From contig CAXIUT010000028.1 in assembly GCA_964035545.1 (NCBI GenBank), forward strand, positions 1 to 37,510: a stretch of DNA of 37,510 nucleotides, given 5' to 3'. Source of the DNA: Bugula neritina. Taxonomy: Eukaryota; Animalia; Bryozoa. Shown here piece by piece: positions 27,199 through 37,361 of the stretch (positions within the stretch are counted from its first letter, which is position 1; each line of letters begins with the position of its first letter). The notes below the pieces were generated by a model, which was not told the DNA's origin, did not search any database, and worked only from the letters and a program-made list of their open reading frames with translations. A program made the translations under genes and the position numbers.

Positions 27199-29022
27199 TC
27201 AAATCTGGGGTTGGGGTTGGGGTTGGGGTTGGGGTTGGGGTTGGGGTTGGGGTTGGGGTTGGGGTTGGGGTTGGGGTTGGGGTTGGGGTTGGGGTTGGGA
27301 AAAATATGTTTGTTCTTTGTCTTGTTTAATAATTGGCAAATCAATAAGCTTTTTGAATGTTATTTTAGATTATTTAGATAATAAGGGATGAATTGAACAT
27401 TTCAAAAAGATTCTTTATTGAAATTTTATTCTAGAAGTTGTGATAATAATGCTTGGCTCAGCTTTGCTAATTTTACATTTATTAATTTAAACTAAACTAT
27501 CTGTTTATTCATAGTTTTAGCGATTCTGAATACATTTGTGAACAAGTTGATATATATTGAGTTAATTTTGTAATTAAGAGGATTATTTTAAGAATAATCT
27601 AAGAGATTAAGTGATATCTTGTTATTATTCTTTGATTTTATATATAATTTAAAGTTATTATAATTTTTGCAAAAGTTATCTTGAATTAGATTAATTTGTA
27701 AATTTTAACCTAATTATTCGTAAAATATCTTTATGAAATTATTGTGATATTTATTCTTAGCATTAAATAAACTAAACCAAATGACTAATATGTATGTTCC
27801 TTAAATTATTTCCATTCTTTTATTCAATCATTTCATGATTTTCCAAAAAAAGATAAGGCTAAACATCTTTTATATAAAGCATATGTCTTGAAAAATGAAA
27901 AGGAAGACAATTATTTATCTGAAATCTATTCCACCACTAGTAACAAAAGAGCATTTTTCCTTTATATATTATATTTTTCCAATTAACTTCATTTTTATCA
28001 AGCAATGATATTTTTTATATTAAATCACCTATCCATGTAACATATCTCTTGCCTAGAATGAACAACATTCGATAGATTAGCTTTTTGTCAGCTTTGTAAT
28101 TCTGCAAAGTTGTTAACACCTTTTCTAAGATTAAAAGCAATAGCTTAGGTTCTTTTATTTATGCTATTGCTAAAGTTTCATAGACATATTTTCTCATATT
28201 AGATCTCTTTTATCTCAAACACATAAGAATAGTCTAAAGATCTTATTTGGCCAAAATTTGATTTTACAGATATTTTGTCGATATTAGAGTCTCTTCCCGC
28301 ACTATTTAGTGTTAGTCATTCAGCATATAGATGATGATCAATTTAAGATCTTCAGGTTTGATGTATTACCTGAATAGAATTAATGTTTGAATACATATTT
28401 TTCTAATCTAGCTAAACTAGTCTTCAAGAATATGTAAAAAAAGACCTTTAGTATATGATACCTCACGTGCTAACTTTTATTTTTCAATCATCAGAGGAAT
28501 TATAGTTTTGAATATTTTCTTATTTTCTTATGTTATAATTTATTTGATCTATCCTAGTGTTTTGAAGGCTTTAAGGGCGGTCAACCTAACAGTAAGATTT
28601 AGGGATCTCATTTTGAGAGATAAAAAGGAGATCATGGTTTTAATAATTCCTGGGATAGTGATTCGTGATAGAAGTGAGGGTAATAGTTGTATGATAAAGA
28701 GTTCGAAGGGTCTATTGCTGATGATGGTTTATAACTGTATGACTTTGATGATAAAATTAAAAGCAATTTGAGCATATTTGGGATGTGTTAATAGTTTTGA
28801 AAGGAATATTTTATTGATAGTTTGATTCGAGAGAAGTAAATTAATTGAATGTAAAGAAATGATTGATTCTAGTTATTAATCGAGATTTGCTAACTCAAAG
28901 AGATTTTCAACAAATTGTTCATCAAACATCTTCTGGGGATTACTAAAATATGATTTAATTAAATCTCTTTTTAGCCCCTAACTCTCATCCACTACCAATC
29001 GTTACCCACTCTAGTGGTCCAT
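27199..29022 (-). CDS. INTS4: Integrator complex subunit 4-like HEAT-repeat protein
   Basis: GLFLHILED[E]FS[E]IR and YMLND[E]H[E]IVR match the INTS4 signatures GAFVHGLEDE..EVR and DMFNDE..EVR; also NYKADKKLIY..L..LG and RHMLYIKD. Continuous 608-codon frame that reads tract 3 as (QP)15 just before TGA. Confidence 0.75.
27207..27299 (+). repeat. Internal telomeric tract 3 (93 nt)
   Basis: Perfect GGGGTT array ending TTGGG. Confidence 0.97.
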
Positions 29023-29136
29023 CAACTAATATTATAAATCTTAACTATCAATCCATTTATAACTCCTATTTCAACTTTTAAACCTAAAACACTTATATTA
29101 ATAAATACCTTAAAAATATTTTTTATTTGACTCTAT

Positions 29137-29219
29137 TTGGGGTTGGGGTTGGGGTTGGGGTTGGGGTTGGGGTTGGGGTTGGGGTTGGGGTTGGGGTTGG
29201 GGTTGGGGTTGGGGTTGGG
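29137..29219 (+). repeat. Internal telomeric tract 4 (about 83 nt)
   Basis: Perfect GGGGTT array ending TTGGG. Confidence 0.97.
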
Positions 29220-30947
29220 ATCAGTAACTAGCAAATAATTTAGGAAAGAAAGTAGTGGTAACAAGTACCTGAAATTGTTTCTTTGTCAATCAAAGCTATG
29301 ACGAGACTCTTTTAATAATATAGCTAAAGTTTTGTTTAGCATAAAACTCTCATTAATTAACAATCTTTGAAGTAAGAAATATTTTAATGTAGAACAAAAT
29401 AATTTTAGTATAAATTAATGGAAAAATCAATAAAAAAGATCTTTAAGGATAAGTTTTATCTATTTTAAATACAAAATCTTGGATGAAAAAAGAAGAAGAT
29501 AGTATTAGTGAATATGAAAAGTTAATTAGATAGTCAAGATTCTAGAGAGATAGAAATGGAGCACCTACTATTGAAGAATTAAAAACAATATCTGAAATAA
29601 TAGCATAAAAGCAAACATAATAAGCAAAGAATTAGATAAAAAAATAATTAATATATCAAAGAAATGATATTTAAACAAAGATATTAACTCTTAAGAAGAA
29701 CTAAAAAGTAGAATGGTTGAATTTTAAAAAGATAGAAGATAAATAGTAACTGAGTGCAGACAGGCTCATAGTCGTATTGAGGAATCTCAAATAAAACCAT
29801 TATCAATTCAAAATGATGATAAAATAAATCATTTATAAATGAGCAATAAAAGAATGACCGAAGGACTTAGTCATTTAGTTAATCATTTACAATAAAACTT
29901 CCACACTAAACAAGAAGTTAATTTGCTATTGTAAAAAGAAAAAGAAAAGAAATCTCCTCAAAATACAAAAGTAAATAAATTGAAAAGAATAAAATTAGAT
30001 AATAATAAAATTTATACAAATAACTTGAAAGAATGGTAATAAAATTTAAAAATGATGATCGGAAGTAATGGGTTGATTTTAGACAAGGAATAATGAAAGA
30101 AATGGGTAAGATGGTAAATAGTGAAACCATTAATAATTTGATAGATAGTTTTAGAAAAGATTTTAATTAAAAATATCAAAATTCAACAGCTCAAATATTA
30201 AAATTAGAATCTAAAGTTAATAATTTATCTAAATCTAATTAAGATTATGGAAAAATGTTATTAACTAGAAGTTAAAAAAGAGCATAAAAGAGAAGTTCAC
30301 CATCAAAATCTGTTTAAAATATACAAAATAGTCTTATTAGAATTTAAAAAACTATTTTATAAAAACAATCTTCATAAGTTAAAAGAATATAAAACTAAGT
30401 TTAAAAGAAAATTAATTCATATGATCAAAAATTAATTAAATAACTAAATAGAAGATAAAAACATCTATGTTCAGTGATTTAATAAACTTTCAATCAAGGA
30501 AGTAATCATAGAGAAGAATATACAGGTAATAGTCTTGAAAATTCTATTCAGAAATTATTTAAGACTAATCTCATCAGCCAGTATACATATATTGGGATAA
30601 AAGAGTGTAAAAAAGATAGTTGTATAATTTGGTAAAAAGAGGCATTAAATAATATCATTGAAAATATCATTTGGAAAAAAAATAGTTCAACTATTCTTGT
30701 AAAAGCTCCAGGTTTATATAAAGTAGAAATAGCTCTTTTCGGCGATATTGACAGTGAAACAATCATTCTCATAAATGGTGATCCTTGTGCAGATATTCCT
30801 AGACCACCAAACTCTCTATCAACTGGAACAAAGGTCCGTGGAACACATTTTAGCGAATTATTGCTACTACCAGCGATGGCTAAACTAGGAGTAAGGGTAG
30901 GACAAAATTTCTACGGATAAGCTTTCTTATCTTTGATTCAAGTTTGA
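29220..30947 (+). CDS. Coiled-coil protein with C-terminal C1q/TNF-like domain; start apparently missing, about 3 apparent 1-nt deletions
   Basis: Reads IS..RK[E]W[E]QVPEIVSLSIKAM directly after tract 4. C-terminal IIW..ENIIWKKNSSTILVKAPGLYKVEIALF..ILINGDP..AFLSLIQV*. Frame changes near 29410, 29678 and 29968. Confidence 0.6.
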
Positions 30948-30989
30948 ATGATTTCTTTATTTTTATTCTTATAAAAATATTTGGCGGGT

Positions 30990-32653
30990 ATGGAAGACAA
31001 GTTAGTTAACCAATATATGAATGAAAAAGCTGGAATGAGCGCTATTGATAAAGATAAGATAGCAGAAATTGTTGAAAAACTAACTGCAGGATCTCCGAAG
31101 ACTATTCACTAAAAATAAATGCAAGAAAAAAGAACTTTATAGGTAGCAGAAATGTTGAGAAAATTATTGAATTTTACGCATTAGCAAAGATAAAATATTA
31201 AGAAGGATTGGTGGAAAGATATGAATTAATTAAGAAAAAGTAGAGTATTAAATAGATATTGGGCTCATTTCGATTTTGACATGTTTTATATAGCTTGTGA
31301 ACTTCTTGATAAGTAAATTTAGAAAAATTTAGACCTGAATTAAAGGATAAACCTTGTGCTGTAGGTAATAAACATTCAGTTTTATCTACAGCAAACTACT
31401 AAGCAAGAAAATATGGTCTAAGAGCTGCAATGCCTACTTTCATAGCTTTAGAGCTATGCCCACATGTAGTATTGTTTTAATCTAACTTCAAAAAGTATAG
31501 ACATTATTCAGGAATATTCAGATAAATTCTTTCAGCATATGATCCTCAAATTGAATCACATGGACTTGATGAAGCTTATGTAGACTTATCTAATCACTTA
31601 AACGGAAAAAGTTACGAATAAATGTAAGATTTTATAAATGAAATAAGAAATAAAATATTTGAAGCTACAGGATTGACAGTTAGTTGTGGAGTTGGAGCTA
31701 ACAAAATGTTAGCTAAAATAGCATCTTAATAAAAAAAACCAAATAATCAGTTTATTTTGGAAAATGATGGAAAAGTTATCTAAAATTTTATGACTAGTAA
31801 AAAAATCAGAAAAATACCTGGAATTGGACCTGTAAATGAATATTATTTAAAAGGTCTTGGAATATAAACAGGAAATGATATTCTTTAAAATGTTGATGTC
31901 TTAACTATCTGTTTTTCTAAAGGTTCTGTTGAATTTTTTGTTTCAGCTGCCCTCGGAATTGGTTCCATTTAGCATGAATTTAAAGAAAGAAAGTCAGTTG
32001 GTAAATCTTAAACTTTTAAAACAACTGATGATATAATATTTTTGGAAGAGAGATTAAGAGATCTTTGCGAACAAGTATCAATGGAACTTCAATAACTAGG
32101 TTTTTTAACTATCAATGTAGTACTTGGCTTTCAGACAAACAACTTTGAGAAAAGAGATAAAACTTTCAATTTGCTTAAGTATACTGACAAGCAATAAGAT
32201 CTTTTCAATGCATTGATAAAATTTCTAAAATCGAATAAATTCAAACTAAGACTTCTTGGAGTTAAATGCACATCTTTAATGACAGCTTAAGAATATAAAA
32301 AGCAGCAATTAATCAACTATTTAAATAATCCAAAGAAAGTTTAATAAGCTATTGAAATATAGAAGAATTCAATGGATCATATAAAAAGTTTAATGAGAGA
32401 TGAAGTATCTTAAAAAGGGAAGTATTTATGCCCAATTTGCAGTGAAATGGTTGATTGCAAAGGCAATATAGCCTCATTCAACAGACATGTAGACAAATGT
32501 TTGAATCCAGGGAAAGCAGAAGTCAAGGATACTAAAAGTATCGCATAAAAATAGAAATAAGTTCCATAGGTGAGTCATAAAGCTAGTAAGAAAACAAAAT
32601 CATCAAAAAGTGATAAAACAGGATCCTTAAAATAATTTTTGATAAAAAAATGA
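30990..32653 (+). CDS. POLK: Y-family DNA polymerase kappa with UBZ zinc finger
   Basis: N-clasp KAGM..IDKDKI; HFDFDMFY, STANY[TAA]ARKYG, GLDEAY, GLTVSCGVG.NKMLAKIAS, KIPGIG; UBZ CPIC...FNRHVDKCL. 20-nt intron 31313-31332; 548 codons. Confidence 0.93.
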
Positions 32654-32695
32654 ATGATTAGTAAATTAATTTCTTTCGATTATACTATATAATTA

Positions 32696-33052
32696 ATGTA
32701 GCAACCAATAAAGAAAATAAACAAAAAGTTTAGTTTCGCAACTACTCAATTCCAATCTCACCCTCATCCAAATTTATTATCCTCTCCCTCAAACATCACC
32801 TTCACTCATTAGCCAAGATTAATGTAAGAAAGATTCAAAACACCTCAAAATAAAAGAGTTAACAATACATCTCAAATAAATATAACAAATAATAAATATC
32901 TTCAAGAGACATCATCTACCTTTAAATCATTCAAAAGTACAGAATCAGGAAAGAAGAAATATTTTCTAACTGTTGTTTCTAGATTGCCCATTGCTAAAAA
33001 ATTGAAGAAATAATAGTTTAAAGTTGGCTAGCAATATAAAAGAATATCATGA
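32696..33052 (+). CDS. Small basic hypothetical protein (118 aa)
   Basis: ATG-to-TGA frame filling the gap between POLK and the LRR gene. Confidence 0.5.
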
Positions 33053-33099
33053 TTAAATACTTTATTTATTGATTTATTGGGGTATATATTCGGAATTAA

Positions 33100-34136
33100 T
33101 CAAGATTTTTTCACAGGTTTTCCAGATTTTGATTTTCCTTTCCCAGATTTTTTCTTCTTCTTTGGTTTGCGTTTCTTCATTATTTCAGCATGAAATTCTT
33201 TTATATTCTGAGATATCGTTTAAGGAAGTTCGAAAAGAAAAATGTTTTTATTTTATTTCACTTAATTCAGAAGTTTCCTAGACACTCCATCTGGAATCCA
33301 GTTATTTTTAAAATTATGTTTAGCTATTGACTGATTATTTCTAAGAATAAGCATCATTTATCTCTCTATCTTTTATTCAATTGTTTATCCAATATCTTCC
33401 TTATAACTTAATATATTGATTTGAGTATCAGCTAAATTTAATTTTTAAAGTCTATCTCCACAACTATTCACAGCTCTCAAAATCTAAAAAGCTCCCTAAT
33501 TTTTCAAAGGATTTCCCATCAACTTTAAAGTACGAAGTCTACAATCAATATTAGCTAAAATTTATTGAATATATTTTGTCCCCTCTGAAGTAATACCACA
33601 AAAACAAAAAGACAACTTTTATATCTTTGAATTTCTTGTCAGGCCTTAAGTTAGAAAAGCCAAGCCTTAATTTTTAATTTAGTTGTTATCAAGTTTGAGT
33701 TTTACAATATTATTTTTTTAATTTCTCAGAGTTTTTCCTAAGAACTAACATCCTAGTGGACTAATTTTGTTATCCATTAAATCAAGATACTCAACAGTAC
33801 CAGTTTTGTTGATATAATTACAAATACTTCTAAGTCCTTCATCCTGAAGATCAACCTTCCAGAGTCGAATTATTTTTAAATGTTGATAATTTAGATCAGA
33901 TAAAGCTTCCATAAATGATCGCATTTGTATAGGTCCTAGCTCTTACCAAAAACGAAGCTAAATAATAACGAATGTACTGATTATAGTTTTCCTTCCTAAA
34001 GAGCCTGATCGATTCTTTCTTTGAGACTCTTATGGATCATAAGTCCATTATACTCACACTTTCGCTTGTAGGTGATTGGGAGACGAATTGTTGATTAGTC
34101 TTATTATGCCTTAGGCATCTTCTTTTTTTCTGTCAT
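33100..34136 (-). CDS. RNI-like leucine-rich repeat protein with Lys-rich tail
   Basis: YLDLMDNKISPLGC[E]FL, LKLDNN[E]I..[E]GL, LKLMGNPL; 20-nt intron 33958-33977; 339 codons. Confidence 0.88.
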
Positions 34137-34651
34137 GGAATATATAATAAACTACTTTTCTTCCTTTTATTCAATATATCAATCAATTCACAAGCAAATC
34201 ATAAATATGAATTAAATTTTACAAATATATTCAAATTAGAAAATTAAAATCTCAAAAATATTTAAATTTCATTTAGAATAAAGATAAAAATTTGTTCTGG
34301 AAAGATAATATTTTATTAATAATGCTATTTTGCCTATGAAACATTTATATTTCTACACCCTTCTTTTAATATCTGGTTTTTCAAAAAAAGAAGGTAAAAT
34401 TTTTATAGAAGTCTTAGATTAAGCTTAATCTTTAAGATATTGTTTAAAATATATTCTTGTTTTAAGATTTTAATTTCTGTATAAATTATTTTATTTTTGA
34501 ATTTTTATTGGCTGAAATGAAGAGTGCGGTTCTTTTTAATTTAGATAAAAGCATACTTTAATTTGTGGTCTTTTTATTTAGTTTCATTAATTGACCGAAG
34601 TGGGGCTTTTTTATGTTTCAGAAGTAATAATTTCCCAAAATTAATATTGCA

Positions 34652-35575
34652 ATGGATGAAAAAAGTAAACTTAACTCGAAAGTATGTTCTGAAGAAGATC
34701 AAGAACCATATCAAGTTTCATAACATAGTGCTCCATCATCACGTGAACTAAGCACAGTCTCTCTTAAAAGAGATGCTCTGAAATAAAAAAAAAGGAGGAA
34801 GATGATGTAAGGAAAACTACTTCAAAACGAAGACCCTGATACTGATCAGATATCTATAATAAAAAATGAAGAAGTTGGTTCATTTTTATCACACTAGAGC
34901 TCAAATAAGTCGCAGCCAAATAATCAGTCAATTACTGAAAGCTCAATAGTTCCATTGGAGAAACTAATAGACAAACCTCCTTATATAGTATTAAATAACT
35001 CAACTATTATTGGTTGCTATGGACATTCTTCAGCCCATTTTAAAAGACCAATTTTGGAAGGTTCTTATTTTATGGAGTTTACGGTAAAAGAAAATAGCTA
35101 AAAATAAAAGGCTATTAGTAAATCGTCAGCTGTGAGAGTAGGAGTTTGTATCAAAGGTTTTGATACTGGTTATCCTCTAGGTTATGGAGAAAGCATTTCA
35201 TACAAAAGTTCTGATGGTAAAATTATCCGTTAGAAAGAAGTCATTGACAAAGTTTAGCCATATGGAGTTGGAGATGTGATTGGAGTAGTCTTGAAGGCAT
35301 AATCTCCTCATAAATATCCAGATAAGTCAAAAATAAATGAGGGTAGTGTATTGCAGTTTTATAAGAATGGAGATTTGGTCTATGAATATGCTTAGCTAAA
35401 ACAAGTTTTCTACTGTTTTGGAGTTAGTCTTTACAACTATAGTCAAATTGAGATTCACTAAAAATCTAAATGTATTCATAGTTATAATAATGCAGAACAT
35501 TACTATGTTTCCTTGACAACTGAAGTTCCTTATAAGGATTTGATTGATAAAAAAGAGTTTCCTTTGTTGAAATGA
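34652..35575 (+). CDS. SPRY domain protein, ASH2/BRE2-like
   Basis: EGSYFMEF, AVRVG, PLGY, YGVGDVIG, GSVLQFYKNG, VSLY; 308 codons. Confidence 0.72.
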
Positions 35576-35672
35576 TATCAATAAGCTTTCTGAATAATAT
35601 TCAAATAAATAAATTAAATGATTTCAAATAAAGTTAGCTTAATTTGTTAGATAAAAATATTGAAGGTTTGAA

Positions 35673-37204
35673 TCATACTGGTTTGGGACATAATGGAACA
35701 TATTCATTTCGGTTCAAAAAATCAATTCGTTACTTGCATCTTTTTGGGTTATTAGTCAGAAAAAATACTAAACAATCGGTCCAGCCTGAACGGAAAGGAG
35801 CGAACTGAAAACAAACTGGTCCTTCTGAAAGATATCCTTTTCCACATTTTTTATAACAAAGACCTCCCTGCTTTTAAGTTCCTGAAGGACAAAACATTGC
35901 AGATCCACTCATTACTATAATTTTTCTTGAACAAGAATAAGCTCCATTAGAAGAACCCAAACCTAAACTCCTACAATTCAGAGTCTTAGGACTGCATATA
36001 CAACAACCAGAAGCAGTGTAGCCAGCAGCACATTTGGATATACTATTAAAACATACTTTTAGCAAGTACCAATTCCATATACAGCTTCACATCTCTGAAA
36101 TTGTCCAGTCCAAGCAGGTTCAGGGAAGATCCAACAAAGCCTGATCCTCTTCCATATGTTTTACGAACACATGAAGATCCCTCACTTACCCATCCTGTAC
36201 CTGTAGGGCAACTATTTTGAACACAGTTCGATCCAGATCTGCTGTATCCTGAAGGACATTTATCATAACAAAGATTTCCAATCTTTACTTTTGATCCACA
36301 TAGAGAAGGAATCTTACCAACTCGATTTATCAATCTTTTTCTACAAATTCCATCTTTAACAGAATCGAATGGATTTGGAGGAAGATTTAGGTTTAGGTAT
36401 ATTTGGCAATTAAATTATCACAAAAGTTTTTTTTTTGATTGAGGGGTCTACTATTGGTTCTGTTAATTTGGTTTTTATATTTATTGTTCCTTTTATTTTG
36501 ACTTAATTTTATCTATCTCCATATATTTTTTAAATTTCTGACAGCTAGGATAACTTTAAGATTTAATAATTGGATAAATCTCCTACTGGATTAAAAAGAG
36601 AAGCTATTATTTTTGAAGATTTCACCATTAAAAAGAGGAAAAGAGATTTATTCTGATTTATAAAGTTAAACAGTTCTTTTTAAAAATAACAAAATTAGTT
36701 TTAAAGCTTCACTATATGTAGTATTTATCTTTTATTCATTTCTTTTTGATAATTTTAATTATTCTTCACCAAAGGAATGAGTTTTTCATACTTTTATCTG
36801 AAATCTTAATATTATGCACTACCTGACTTCATTTATTCAATGCTATCTGTTGTAGCAATATCAAAAGCCAACATTCCGATCTATTAAGATGAAGTGAGTT
36901 TACTGAATTACAAAAAGTAGAATTTAGGCAGAACCCAACTCCACACTACATCCAGGTTTTCGGTGCTTTTCTCCAACAAGTTAAATCTAATTCATAATAT
37001 CCTCTTGGACATTTTTTAATAACATTAACTTATTAACAATTCCCAAATTACAGCTAGAGGCGAATTAGATTTTTATTTTCTTAAGATGTTTTATCTCCAA
37101 CAGAAAGGATCATTAATACTAAAGGTAGCTGAATCTGTAGTACCAGTTGGATTCGTTTGAGCAAATGCTGTTTAAATGATGAGTAAACAAAGAATGAATT
37201 GCAT
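35673..37204 (-). CDS. Secreted/surface cysteine-rich protein (CYxxCPxGY repeats) with frameshifts; may be two genes
   Basis: Signal-like N-terminus; CY[E]KCPRGY, LCYDKCPSGY, YGRGSG, RCEA..G.G.C[E]K, GCCICSP, GGLCYKKC. Frame breaks near 36420, 36134 and 36035. Confidence 0.6.
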
Positions 37205-37361
37205 TCCAACGCATCTGAAGTAATAATTTTAAAATGAAATAATTATATTACTGAATATTACTATTGAAAGAAAATATTAAGCTTTATTGACAGATTAAAA
37301 AACAAATCATATTTTTAATTATCAATATTTTGTTTTAACTATGATTTTATTCAATAAATTA

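Noticed and set aside
27402-27404. Possible TGA=Trp readthrough (ambiguous stop code)
   Set aside because: That TGA is in a shadow frame; the INTS4 frame is continuous. No gene here requires an in-frame TGA.
15548-29219. Internal tracts as CRISPR arrays or end-to-end chromosome fusions
   Set aside because: No spacers, no inverted C4A2 partner, and genes continue across the tracts.
29372-29408. Candidate introns of 21 nt (29372-29392) and 20 nt (29389-29408)
   Set aside because: They cannot be told apart from a nearby 1-nt deletion and were left out of the intron set. The 20-nt candidate has T at -6, so it would be an exception if real.
20345-36140. Euplotes-type programmed ribosomal frameshifting
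   Set aside because: The breaks lack a stop codon at the shift site and are simply explained by homopolymer shortening.
2052-36333. Most ORFs in the supplied track (e.g. 2052+, 11495-, 12160-, 20496+, 24106-, 27162-, 28508+)
   Set aside because: They were computed with TAA/TAG as stops. They are antisense or off-frame shadows, or fragments of the real table-30 genes.
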